A stretch of 64,000 nucleotides of DNA from Salinivirgaceae bacterium (GCA_050251815.1 JBFWMB010000015.1:924-64923); one strand, 5' to 3'; positions 1-9,619 are shown, counted from the first letter of the stretch. The notes: generated from the sequence alone by a model not told the origin. Numbers and translations: made by a program.

Positions 1-826
1 TTTTGGCCTCAACTTCTTCTGAAATTAAAGCAATATTTGGTTGGGTTTGTAACGCACACTCCAGGGCAATATGCGATGCAGAACGGCCCATTAGTTTAAT
101 AAAGTGCCAGTATTTCTTCGCCGAATTGGCATCGCGCTGAATGTTCCCGATTAATTCGCTGTATACTTTACAGGCGGTATCAAAACCAAATGAGGTTTCA
201 ATCATTTCGTTTTTTAAGTCCCCGTCGATGGTTTTCGGACAGCCAATCACCTGAATTCCCGCGTCAATACTTTTATAATATTCGGCCAACACACAAGCAT
301 TGGTATTTGAATCGTCGCCGCCAATAATTACCAGAGCATTAATTCCTAATTTCTTGCAGTTTTCAGCACCTTTATCAAACTGCGATTTTTCTTCGAGTTT
401 GGTACGTCCAGAACCAATAATATCGAACCCACCTGTATTTCTAAAATGATCTACCACTTCTTTGGTCAGTTCAATGTAATGATTGCCAGTCAATCCCGAT
501 GGCCCACCCAAAAAACCGTACAATTTGTTTTGCGCGTTCAGGCTTCTTAATCCATCGAATAAACCGGCAATTACATTATGTCCACCCGGAGCTTGTCCAC
601 CTGATAAAATTACTCCAACGTTAATTGCCGGGTAGTTCTTTTTTGTCCCGGTTTCAAAAGTTAATAAAGGCATGCCATAAGTATGCGGAAACAAAGTGCC
701 TATTTCTTTCTGATCAGCAACTGATTGTGTTTTTGCTCCTTCAACAATTCGAACAGCACCTTTTAACGATTCAGGAAGTTTGGGTTGATAATCTTCCCGT
801 GCAATTTGTAATGCGCTTTTTATCAT
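1..826 (-). CDS. pfp: Pyrophosphate-dependent phosphofructokinase (diphosphate--fructose-6-phosphate 1-phosphotransferase). This is the N-terminal ~275 codons; the gene continues past the window start.
   Basis: My own minus-strand translation from the ATG at 826 reads [21 protein letters not shown]...[23 protein letters not shown]...[14 protein letters not shown]...[10 protein letters not shown], which carries PFK-family motifs. The gene is absent from the ORF track because it runs off the edge. The + ORF at 625..834 is antisense noise. Confidence 0.85.
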   Translation of the reverse strand, partial: MIKSALQIAREDYQPKLPESLKGAVRIVEGAKTQSVADQKEIGTLFPHTYGMPLLTFETGTKKNYPAINVGVILSGGQAPGGHNVIAGLFDGLRSLNAQNKLYGFLGGPSGLTGNHYIELTKEVVDHFRNTGGFDIIGSGRTKLEEKSQFDKGAENCKKLGINALVIIGGDDSNTNACVLAEYYKSIDAGIQVIGCPKTIDGDLKNEMIETSFGFDTACKVYSELIGNIQRDANSAKKYWHFIKLMGRSASHIALECALQTQPNIALISEEVEAK

Positions 827-1178
827 CTGTATAACTATTTATATTTTTAAATTCGTTAAATTCATCTTTTATGATTCTTACCGCCTATCAGTAATTTCTG
901 CTCAATGCAATAAAACATGTTTTATAATATTGTTTTAAAACGATGTTTTGCGGCGCAAAAATAATACTATTCCCCGGTTAAACAATGCTGGTATTTTTAA
1001 AATATTTATGATACTGCTCATATTTTGTTCTTTTTTGTAATCAAACCATCAACGTGAATTACAAAATGACGCAAACAACAGGCAGTATGTTGGACTGCTT
1101 AAACATTAGATGAAAAAATTTGTGGGCTACTAAAGGTTTATTTTGTAAATTTCGCGTTCTAAAATAAAAAGTAACCTT

Positions 1179-2939
1179 ATGAAATTAAATCATACATTTT
1201 CATGTGCATTGGCGTTATTCCTGTTTATAACATCTTGTTCTCAAAAACCTGCTGAAGTTACCATCGACCTCATTCAAAGCACTGATATTCATGGCACTTT
1301 ATTTCCGTACGACTTTATTGAACAAAAAGAACTAACCAACTCGCTGGCAAGTATATACACTTATGTAAAAACCATTCGCAGCAACAATCCCGAAGGAGTT
1401 GTGCTGCTCGATAATGGTGATTACCTTCAGGGACAACCCACAGTTTATTATTACAATTTTGAAGATACGATTTCGAGCCATCTGGGAGCTGATATATTCA
1501 ATTTTATGCAATACGATGCGGCCGTTGTCGGAAATCACGACATTGAAACCGGGCATTCGGTTTATGACCGCTTTCGGAATGAAATAAAAACACCCTATCT
1601 GGCTGCAAATGCTATAAACACGCAAACTGGTGAACCGTATTTTGATGCCTACACCATTATTGAGCGTCAGGGAATAAAGATTGCCGTTCTGGGGATGATT
1701 ACACCAGGGATTCCCAACTGGTTACCAGAATCGCTTTGGAGCGGTATTGAGTTTACCGACATGATTGAAACCGCAAAAAAATGGATACCCCTTATTCAGG
1801 AAAACGAAAACCCCGATTTAATTATCGGTTTGTTCCATGCCGGAGTTGACCACACATACAATAACGCAGACGGAAACACCTATTTAAATGAAAATGCCAC
1901 ACGTTTGGTGGCTGAACAGGTTCCCGGCTTCGATATGGTAATGGCCGGACACGACCATAAGAAATACAACGAGAAAATTGTAAATGTAAACGGCGATACC
2001 GTTATTCTGATCGATCCCAGGAGCCATGCCAGAGCAGTTGCTTCGGTTAAAGTTCATTTTACTTACGATAAAAAAGAAAAAAAATACCACAAAACCATCC
2101 AACCTGAAATTGTTGATGTGGAAAAGTACACACCCGATTCACTTTTTATGGCCCAGTTTGCTGATCCTTTTCAAAAAATTAAAACTTACGTATCGCGTCA
2201 AATTGGAACCTTTTCGCATTCCATCGATTCAAAGGATGCTTACTTTGGCAACAGTGCTTTTATCGATCTTATTCACCAGGTTCAAATGGACGTTTCACTG
2301 GCCGATATTTCATTCACCTCGCCCCTATCGTTCCGCACCCAAATAAACCAGGGTCCGGTTTATGTAAGCGATTTGTTTAAATTATACAAATACGAGAACC
2401 TGCTTTACACGATGCAACTTAGCGGCGACGAAATTGATTCGTATTTGGAGTTTTCATACGGCCTTTGGTTTAATAAAATGAAAAATAAAAACGACCATCT
2501 GCTAAAAATGGAAAAGAACGAAGAGGGTTTCTACCACCTGAGCAATCAGTATTACAACTTTTCGTCAGCTTCAGGAATTGATTACCTGGTTGATGTAAGC
2601 AAACCGGAAGGCCAACGGGTAAAGATTCTCGGATTTACCGATGGCAGCCCGTTTTCTTCCGATTCAACCTATAGTGTTGCTGTTAATTCGTATCGCGGAA
2701 ATGGTGGTGGCGGGCATCTAACTGAAGGAGCCGGAATTTCAGCAAATGAACTACGAAACCGGCTGGTTAGTTCCACCCCTTACGATTTGCGTTATTACCT
2801 GATGAAGTGGATTGAAAAAGAACAAACCATTGATGCAGTTAAGGCCAGCAACTGGAGAATAATTCCTGAAGATTATTTTGAAACCGGGAAGCGTAAAGAT
2901 CTTATATTGCTTTTCGATGAACATTCGACGACCAAATAG
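1179..2939 (+). CDS. Bifunctional metallophosphatase/5'-nucleotidase family lipoprotein
   Basis: 586 aa. It has a lipoprotein-type signal (LFITSCSQ) and calcineurin-like phosphoesterase motifs DIHG, GDYLQG and GNHDIE. The C-terminal half resembles a 5'-nucleotidase substrate-binding domain. Confidence 0.8.
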   Translation: MKLNHTFSCALALFLFITSCSQKPAEVTIDLIQSTDIHGTLFPYDFIEQKELTNSLASIYTYVKTIRSNNPEGVVLLDNGDYLQGQPTVYYYNFEDTISSHLGADIFNFMQYDAAVVGNHDIETGHSVYDRFRNEIKTPYLAANAINTQTGEPYFDAYTIIERQGIKIAVLGMITPGIPNWLPESLWSGIEFTDMIETAKKWIPLIQENENPDLIIGLFHAGVDHTYNNADGNTYLNENATRLVAEQVPGFDMVMAGHDHKKYNEKIVNVNGDTVILIDPRSHARAVASVKVHFTYDKKEKKYHKTIQPEIVDVEKYTPDSLFMAQFADPFQKIKTYVSRQIGTFSHSIDSKDAYFGNSAFIDLIHQVQMDVSLADISFTSPLSFRTQINQGPVYVSDLFKLYKYENLLYTMQLSGDEIDSYLEFSYGLWFNKMKNKNDHLLKMEKNEEGFYHLSNQYYNFSSASGIDYLVDVSKPEGQRVKILGFTDGSPFSSDSTYSVAVNSYRGNGGGGHLTEGAGISANELRNRLVSSTPYDLRYYLMKWIEKEQTIDAVKASNWRIIPEDYFETGKRKDLILLFDEHSTTK

Positions 2940-2959
2940 TAACATCAAGAATTAATTGC

Positions 2960-4744
2960 ATGTCGGTTTACAAAACGCGTCTCGATAATTTTCAGCAGGA
3001 ATTAAAAAAAGTAAAACAAAAACACGGTACCGTGTCGCTGCTGCGCTTAACTGCGTTTCTATTACTGGTATTCTCGTGGTTTTACCTCATCACCATTCAT
3101 TTCACGCTTGGAATTGTAGCGGGTTCAACCTTGATAATTCTGTTCTTTGTGCTTTTAAAATGGCACAAACGAATTGAAGATCAGCGTGATTTTCTAAAGC
3201 AACTTTGCGACATTAACCAACAGGAATTGCAGTGTTCGCAAGGTAATTATCAGTCGTTTCCTGCCGGGGATGCATTTGTTGATCACAGCCACCCCTATTC
3301 ATACGACATGGATTTGTTTGGTCCCGGTTCGCTTTTTCAATACCTGAACCGAACCATAAGTATTGGAGGAGAAAAAAAGCTGGCGCGCTGGTTAAGCCAA
3401 ACTCCATTGCCCGAAGCAAGCATCACAAAACATCAACAAGCGATACAGGAATTAGCACCACAAATCGACTTGCGACAAAATTTTCACGCTCACGGCTCTT
3501 TGGTAAAACCCGATGACAAAGAAGACCAACTTATAAAAAACTGGTTACACTTGCCGTCGTTTTTTGCTTATAAGAATTGGGCAGCAGTCTATCTTTGGCT
3601 GGTTCCTGCATTTAATTTAACCATTATCGGACTAGCTATTGGTGGTACAATACCCGGAACATCAATTTTATACCTGATTCTGGCAAACCTGGCACTGGTT
3701 GGAAGCAAAATTAAGCGCTTTAACAAGGCATATTTTTATTTAAATAAAAGCCACAACAGCTTAAAAAAGATGCAGCAATTGTTGTGCATAAGTGAGTCGG
3801 TTCCTGCTGAAGCCCCGCTATTAAAAGAATTAAGATCCAATCTTTTTCATCAGGGAATTCCGGCTAGCAAACAAATTAAGCAATTAACCAAATTACTGGA
3901 TGCCCTTGACAACAGGAATAATTTAATTGTGGGGCTCATACTAAACTCATTACTTTTATGGGACTGGAACTTATTGTTCCGTATTGAACGCTGGCAAAAA
4001 AACCACCGGCCCGATTACGAAAAATGGCAGGAAACCCTGGCCTATTTTGATGCCTTGTGCAGTTTGGCTGGTTTTGCATTCAACCACCCCGATTACACCT
4101 ATGCCGAATTATCACCTGCTGAATTTGAGTTTGAAGCCCAACAAATCGGACATCCACTTTTGCCGGCACAGGTACGCATTTGCAACGATTTCTCACTCAA
4201 TCAAAATCCCCGATATGCAATAATCACCGGAGCAAATATGGCCGGAAAAAGCACCTTTTTGCGAACCATTGCCACCAACCTGGTATTAGCCGGATGCGGA
4301 GCTCCGGTTTGTGCCAAACACCTGCGTTTTACTCCACTCCCCATGCATTCGAGTATGCGGGCTGAAGATTCGCTGATGAAAAATGAATCGTACTTTTTTG
4401 CAGAATTGAAGCGGCTGCAACGCATCACTCAGGAATTGGACAAAGGAGAAAAACTCTTTATTATTCTCGATGAAATTTTGCGTGGAACCAACTCGGAAGA
4501 CAAACGGAAAGGTTCTATTGGTTTTGTAAAAAAAATTACAACAAAACAAGCTTATGGATTGGTTGCCACACACGATCTGGAATTGGCACGCCTTGCCGAA
4601 CAGCAACCGGGTACTTTTAAAGCACTATGTTTTGAAGTAGCCATAAAAAACAACGAACTGCAATTCGACTATAAATTGCAGCCCGGTGTAACTAAAAACA
4701 TGAATGCATCTTTTTTAATGAAGCAAATGGGAATAATTGATTAA
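2960..4744 (+). CDS. Membrane-anchored MutS-related ATPase (MutS domain V only)
   Basis: 594 aa. The C-terminus carries the MutS ABC-ATPase motifs GANMAGKSTFLRT (Walker A) and FIILDEILRGTNSEDK (Walker B region). The N-terminal two thirds contain several long hydrophobic helices, for example LLRLTAFLLLVFSWFYLITIHFTLGIVAGSTLIILFFVLL. No mismatch-binding domain or Smr domain is visible. Confidence 0.75.
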   Translation: MSVYKTRLDNFQQELKKVKQKHGTVSLLRLTAFLLLVFSWFYLITIHFTLGIVAGSTLIILFFVLLKWHKRIEDQRDFLKQLCDINQQELQCSQGNYQSFPAGDAFVDHSHPYSYDMDLFGPGSLFQYLNRTISIGGEKKLARWLSQTPLPEASITKHQQAIQELAPQIDLRQNFHAHGSLVKPDDKEDQLIKNWLHLPSFFAYKNWAAVYLWLVPAFNLTIIGLAIGGTIPGTSILYLILANLALVGSKIKRFNKAYFYLNKSHNSLKKMQQLLCISESVPAEAPLLKELRSNLFHQGIPASKQIKQLTKLLDALDNRNNLIVGLILNSLLLWDWNLLFRIERWQKNHRPDYEKWQETLAYFDALCSLAGFAFNHPDYTYAELSPAEFEFEAQQIGHPLLPAQVRICNDFSLNQNPRYAIITGANMAGKSTFLRTIATNLVLAGCGAPVCAKHLRFTPLPMHSSMRAEDSLMKNESYFFAELKRLQRITQELDKGEKLFIILDEILRGTNSEDKRKGSIGFVKKITTKQAYGLVATHDLELARLAEQQPGTFKALCFEVAIKNNELQFDYKLQPGVTKNMNASFLMKQMGIID

Positions 4745-4795
4745 CAAGGCTTAACTCAACTACCTTATTAAGAAAACCACACTTTTTGCAGCCGG

Positions 4796-6859
4796 CTACA
4801 AATCTTCATCCTTATTAATTTGCATAATACGCATGGGAAATTTGCTGCGTACCTCTTTTTGCATAACTGCCGACAAATTGTTGTAGCTAACCTGGTATTT
4901 CTCCATTGAATACTCGTTTCTGAGTTTATAAATTACTTCGAAAGCCATATTAATAAACCTGAGGTAATCGCCATAGCGGGTAGCATTCTCCCACGAATAA
5001 ACGGCAATATAATCACCGTTTTGTTTCTTAATAAATTGCTCAAAATTAAGAGCTACCTGATTGGGATCGTCAGACGCTGTATATTCAAAAATCCGACGAA
5101 CCTCTTTCTCTTTATCAAGCAAAACGGCACCATCTTTATCCAATGGGGGCAACATTTGAGGTAAGGCAGCAGCATGATATTGCAACAGGCTGATGTCTTT
5201 AGCAGGAAGTGAGCGATAAGCAATTTTGTAAAGCCCTAATTTTCGTAGCACCTGGTACAAATCGTAAACAGGCTTCATCGGGCTACTTACATCAACATAA
5301 AGGGCTGCAGTTACATAAGGTCGGTTTAAAACATTAAACTTACCAATCCTTTCAAAAAGTACCGTTTTCAGATTGGACAGATTACATGAAACTCCATCAA
5401 CCTGGTATTGCAAGCCATCAATAAAAATGTTGTAAATAAGCTCCGGCCTTTCCAAAATCTGCAATTCGGATGCCACCGGAAGATTCAGAGTTTTAAAATC
5501 GCTCGGAAGAAAGGCGTCCGACGAGTTTTTGTAAGGTGTTTTATGGTATTCACTAACTGAATTATCGCTCCACCATATTTTTAGCTTATCCTGAGTAAAC
5601 TCAAAGGGGATTTTTTCATCGCGCCTACCGTAATTCTTTAACAACAGAGCATTTCCCTTAATTTCAACAACAAGGTCGATAACATTACTGCTGTTTGAAC
5701 GTTCCAAAATTGATAAGTTGTTGCCGTTGAATAGCAACAAATTTCCATATGCAATGGTACTTGCATTTTGCCAAAGTCCATCAAGTTTTGATGTTTTATC
5801 GGCAGAAAAATTGGAAAAACTTACAACCGGACTCTGAATGGTTGTGTGTGCGAATAAAAAGAAGACAGCAACCGCTGCAGGAATTATGAGCAGGGCCTTT
5901 AGCTTTGCTGCCAACCCTGATTTTGATTTTGTCATCATTGTAATTCGTTTTTTAATGGAAATTAAATTGAAATTGTTTACCAACGCTACTGAGCGTATGC
6001 TGATTAATTGCTTCAATAGTAACGATTGATAATCAAATAATTCGAACCCCTGTTTAACCACATTCTCATCGGCAATGTATTCGTGTGTGGTTTTTATTGC
6101 CGTTTGAAGTCGCCAAACCAAAGGATTAAACCAATGAAAAACGCTTATCGCATGAGCCAATAACAAATCGCAGGAATGCAATTGTTTCACATGTATTTGC
6201 TCATGGGCAAGAATTTGTTTGAACTCAGAAAACCCGGGTGTTTCCTTATTAATAAAAATGTTTCGAAAAAAAGAGAACGGAGGAATATCCTGATCAACTA
6301 AAACCAGCCGGTAATCCTTTTGCAGCTGAACCGGATTTTTTCGGGCCGCTTTAAATAGCCAGAAAAAAAGTATTCCAAGCCGGAATAAAAAAAACAAAAC
6401 ACCTGCTGCATAAACCCAAATTACCATAGATAGCGGATTTATACCAGCAGTACTAGATTCTTCAGCATATTCGTGGCGAGAAAGTAAATTGTCAACTGCC
6501 CGATTTCCTGCGTTAGAAGTTAAGCCAGAATTTTCAACGTTAAAACTACCCTCGAAAACAGCCGCTTGATAAGGCCTGTATTTATTATTGTATATATCGT
6601 ATTCTGACGACATCAGGAAATCGGTATAGTAACTCCTTATTTTTCCAATGCCTCCAAAAGTTTCCTCCATGTAGTCCGAATCATCGAAAAAGAAGGTGAC
6701 ATGGACCAAAGGTACCAACAACGCAAACAAAATACTTGACAAAAGGTATATCCTGATAAAAGTAAAATAGGTTTCGTTTTTCAGAATAACCAGATAAATC
6801 AGGTATAACAGCGAAAGACACAAACCCGATTCCAATAAATATAAAACAAAGGCTGACAT
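4796..6859 (-). CDS. BlaR1/MecR1-family M56 peptidase signal transducer with a non-canonical C-terminal domain
   Basis: 687 aa. The N-terminus is polytopic and carries the zinc motif HEQIHVKQLH followed by FNPLVW. A TM helix lies near aa 320-340. The remaining ~345 aa are of unrecognised type. The gene starts 25 nt downstream of the BlaI-like gene. Confidence 0.8.
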   Translation of the reverse strand: MSAFVLYLLESGLCLSLLYLIYLVILKNETYFTFIRIYLLSSILFALLVPLVHVTFFFDDSDYMEETFGGIGKIRSYYTDFLMSSEYDIYNNKYRPYQAAVFEGSFNVENSGLTSNAGNRAVDNLLSRHEYAEESSTAGINPLSMVIWVYAAGVLFFLFRLGILFFWLFKAARKNPVQLQKDYRLVLVDQDIPPFSFFRNIFINKETPGFSEFKQILAHEQIHVKQLHSCDLLLAHAISVFHWFNPLVWRLQTAIKTTHEYIADENVVKQGFELFDYQSLLLKQLISIRSVALVNNFNLISIKKRITMMTKSKSGLAAKLKALLIIPAAVAVFFLFAHTTIQSPVVSFSNFSADKTSKLDGLWQNASTIAYGNLLLFNGNNLSILERSNSSNVIDLVVEIKGNALLLKNYGRRDEKIPFEFTQDKLKIWWSDNSVSEYHKTPYKNSSDAFLPSDFKTLNLPVASELQILERPELIYNIFIDGLQYQVDGVSCNLSNLKTVLFERIGKFNVLNRPYVTAALYVDVSSPMKPVYDLYQVLRKLGLYKIAYRSLPAKDISLLQYHAAALPQMLPPLDKDGAVLLDKEKEVRRIFEYTASDDPNQVALNFEQFIKKQNGDYIAVYSWENATRYGDYLRFINMAFEVIYKLRNEYSMEKYQVSYNNLSAVMQKEVRSKFPMRIMQINKDEDL

Positions 6860-6884
6860 GTTTTAATTTCTGGTTTACATTTAA

Positions 6885-7262
6885 TCAACGGTCTTTTTTC
6901 TTCTTAATTTCTTCGAGCATTCGCAATACCTCATCTACTTCATCAACATTGAGGTTTTTGTTTTCGGAGAAGAAGTTTACCACCTTTTTTAACGAATTGT
7001 TAAAATAGTCTTCAACCAACCTACCCATCTGACCCTGGCTGTATTGTTCTCTGGTAATTAACGGGTAGTACTGGTAGGTATTCCCATATTTCTTAAAAGA
7101 TACAATTTTCTTTTTTACAAGCACCCTAACTATAGTCGAAACCGTATTATAGGGAGGTTTTGGGTCAGGAAATTCATCCTGAATGTCCTTAATAAACCCT
7201 CTTTTAATGCTCCACAAAATTTGCATTATTCGTTCCTCGGCTTTAGTTAAAGTAATCATCAC
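6885..7262 (-). CDS. BlaI/MecI/CopY-family transcriptional repressor
   Basis: 125 aa with a winged-helix Penicillinase_R pattern (LTKAEERIMQILW...YNTVSTIVRVLVKKKIV). It is the first gene of a two-gene unit with the M56 transducer. Confidence 0.85.
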   Translation of the reverse strand: MMITLTKAEERIMQILWSIKRGFIKDIQDEFPDPKPPYNTVSTIVRVLVKKKIVSFKKYGNTYQYYPLITREQYSQGQMGRLVEDYFNNSLKKVVNFFSENKNLNVDEVDEVLRMLEEIKKKKDR

Positions 7263-7296
7263 TATTGAATTTAATTAATCAGCAATACAAACATAC

Positions 7297-7342
7297 AACT
7301 TAATTTTAAGTTACACAACTTATTTTTAAGTTTTATAACTTA
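7297..7342. promoter_or_regulatory. Putative BlaI-family operator: two 16-bp palindromes AACTTA-N4-TAAGTT plus a third half-site, phased at 20 bp
   Basis: AACTTAATTTTAAGTT lies at 7297-7312 and AACTTATTTTTAAGTT at 7317-7332. A half-site AACTTA lies at 7337-7342. The sites sit 35-80 bp upstream of the repressor ATG at 7262. Confidence 0.55.
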
Positions 7343-7439
7343 CAAATACATTTTAATTTAAGTAATCTGCTATTTCAGGCCATTCCGGACGAAAAAATCT
7401 TTTATTGACAATCAATTATTTTTTCAGAAGGCCCCTTGA

Positions 7440-7553
7440 TTAAAAAAAAACGGGCTACAATTCGATTATAAATTGCAACCCGGCCTTATTAAAAATAAGA
7501 ATGCTACTATTTTAATGATGCTTATTAAAATACATTTTAAACATGGGAACTAA
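7440..7553 (+). pseudogene. Relic of the last ~33 codons of a MutS-like gene, paralogous or orthologous to 2960..4744
   Basis: In-frame translation gives LKKNGLQFDYKLQPGLIKNKNATILMMLIK...*. The end of the intact gene reads IKNNELQFDYKLQPGVTKNMNASFLMKQMGIID*. 16 of 28 aligned residues are identical, and many of the nucleotide differences are synonymous (ctg/cta, gac/gat, cag/caa, ggt/ggc, aac/aat, gca/gct). A stop at 7437 lies directly upstream and there is no start codon. Confidence 0.6.
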
Positions 7554-8344
7554 AATGCCCATCCAATTCTAAGTCCCGCAGTTACAGCCATGGGGAGATC
7601 ATCATCGCCAGCAATAAAACCATAATTAAGCACATCGTAATTATTTTTACCCATACCGTAACCCAGCCCAAAATAGGTGTCAACTATAAAAGTATCGTTA
7701 AAAACCCATTGTTTTCCAAATTTTAGAGTAAAGGCAAAGGCAAACTCATCTGTGGCAGTTTTGGTGCCGTCAGAATACCAGTAATCGTAATTCCTTCTGT
7801 CGTATTTCACATATCTAAAAGCCAGTTCCGGAGCAAAATAAGCACCTTTTAAGATGTGTGAATAATGCATCCGTTGCATGTAATAATCGGGGGTTCGAAT
7901 AAATTTATAAGCAAACTTTGTATAAGCTCCTTTCGGGTTAATTTCCTGGTTATCGATACCCAAACCCACAATACCAAGGGCTATTTCCCACGATTGGCCG
8001 GGTTGGTAATTTTGTTCGTACACAATTTCTGTACTTCCCATTAAAGGCGACAAAAAATTTATTTTTAATGCCTTTTTATTCTGATTGCTATAGTAAGCTG
8101 CATCGTTAAACGTATTCCCTTCAATTTTTATAACCTCACCGGTACTAAATTCAATCCGGTCAATCAGTGCTTTATCAATTCCAAAAATAATCTTGGGATT
8201 TTTCTCGTAGTAATACTTCACTTCGGCTGAGGCTATTTCGGTAACAATACAAGCTATTTCTTCGCCACTTAACTTTACTATTTTATCCTGGCTCATTGCT
8301 ACAAAAGCAATAAGAATTAAACCTAAGGTTAGAATTTTTTTCAT
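7550..8344 (-). CDS. Hypothetical outer-membrane beta-barrel protein
   Basis: 264 aa with the signal peptide MKKILTLGLILIAFVAMSQ. The sequence is aromatic- and glycine-rich in an alternating pattern and ends GLRIGWAF. Confidence 0.5.
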   Translation of the reverse strand: MKKILTLGLILIAFVAMSQDKIVKLSGEEIACIVTEIASAEVKYYYEKNPKIIFGIDKALIDRIEFSTGEVIKIEGNTFNDAAYYSNQNKKALKINFLSPLMGSTEIVYEQNYQPGQSWEIALGIVGLGIDNQEINPKGAYTKFAYKFIRTPDYYMQRMHYSHILKGAYFAPELAFRYVKYDRRNYDYWYSDGTKTATDEFAFAFTLKFGKQWVFNDTFIVDTYFGLGYGMGKNNYDVLNYGFIAGDDDLPMAVTAGLRIGWAF

Positions 8345-8618
8345 CTGCGGAGTGTTAATTAATTATGCATTATAGATGCAAACTTAAAATTTAGGTTGCT
8401 TAGTGAAGCTCATATAATTATAGAGTATAAAGAAAGCTTATTCTGATTAAAAAACAACACATAAAATCTAAAACAAATTGCTTCACCAATTGTCAAAGAG
8501 AATTATTACTACCTTTGTTTCTGCTTAAATAAACACAAGGTTTGCAAGAAAAAGCAACATCCAAAAGCCTTATAAAACCGGCTTAATAAACTAACTGAAA
8601 ATTAAAACAATACAACGA

Positions 8619-9539
8619 ATGAAACATCTTTTAAGTGCCATTTTAGCCTTATTTCTACTGGCAGGATTTGGCTGCCAGCAAAAAACCAAAACCGAACAAA
8701 AACCAACTATTACAGTGAGCTTAATTCCTCAAAAGTTTTTTGTAGATCAAATAGCCGGAAATTGGCTCGATGTTAATGTAATGATTCCACCGGGAGGCAA
8801 TCCGCATACCTACGAACCTACACCACTTCAAATGAAAGCTTTATCGAATTCATCGGCTTACCTTTTGATTGGACAAATTACTTTTGAAACCGCCTGGATG
8901 GATAAACTGGTTTCAGTTAGCCCTAACATGAAAGTTTTTGACACTTCGGAAGGCGTAGCGTTTATTTCAGAAGAAGCCTGGGAAATGAATGTCGATGAAC
9001 ATGTGCACCACCCTGAAGAATCAGACGGACACGATCACCATCACCACGCGTACAATCCACACATCTGGTTATCGCCAAATCTGGTAAAAATACAGGCTGA
9101 TAATATTTTTAAGGCTTTATCAGAATTGTATCCCGATTACAGGGAAATGATGGAACAAAACCTGAATCGCTTTAAAATGCGATGCGATTCAGTGCATCAG
9201 CAACTTGACAGTCAGTTAAAACAAGCCAACGGCACCAGTTATATTGTTTATCACCCGGTATGGACTTACCTGGCCAAAGAATATGGTTTGCATCAGGTTT
9301 CAATTGAACACAACGGCAAGGAAGCTACCGTTGACAAATTGAAAAACATTATCGACTTTGCTAACGAAAAGAACATTCGAATAGTTTTTGTACAAAAAGA
9401 ATTCAGCAATGCGCAGGCAAAAACCATTGCCGAGCAAATAAACGGCAGGGTAGTAAGCATGAATCCGCTCGATTACAACTGGTTTAACACCATGAAGGAA
9501 TTTGGCGAAGCTTTTCAAATGGTTGGGAAACAAGAATAA
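8619..9539 (+). CDS. znuA: Zinc ABC transporter substrate-binding lipoprotein
   Basis: 306 aa with a lipoprotein signal (LLAGFGCQ). It looks like a ZnuA/TroA-type SBP and carries a His-rich loop HVHHPEESDGHDHHHHAYNPH. The ATPase and permease genes follow. Confidence 0.8.
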   Translation: MKHLLSAILALFLLAGFGCQQKTKTEQKPTITVSLIPQKFFVDQIAGNWLDVNVMIPPGGNPHTYEPTPLQMKALSNSSAYLLIGQITFETAWMDKLVSVSPNMKVFDTSEGVAFISEEAWEMNVDEHVHHPEESDGHDHHHHAYNPHIWLSPNLVKIQADNIFKALSELYPDYREMMEQNLNRFKMRCDSVHQQLDSQLKQANGTSYIVYHPVWTYLAKEYGLHQVSIEHNGKEATVDKLKNIIDFANEKNIRIVFVQKEFSNAQAKTIAEQINGRVVSMNPLDYNWFNTMKEFGEAFQMVGKQE

Positions 9540-9619
9540 AAGCAAGCAACGTTTTTAAATAGCTATTAAAAACCATTTTACTACTTGTTTACATTTTAAC
9601 AAAAAAAGGAAAAGCCACC

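Noticed and set aside
625-834. A 69-aa + ORF at the window start.
   Set aside because: It is antisense to the pfp gene, whose minus-strand translation carries clear PFK motifs.
8990-9060. A His/Asp-rich low-complexity stretch (HVHHPEESDGHDHHHHAYNPH) that might be taken for a repeat or an engineered tag.
   Set aside because: This is the natural metal-chaperoning loop that characterises ZnuA-type zinc-binding proteins.
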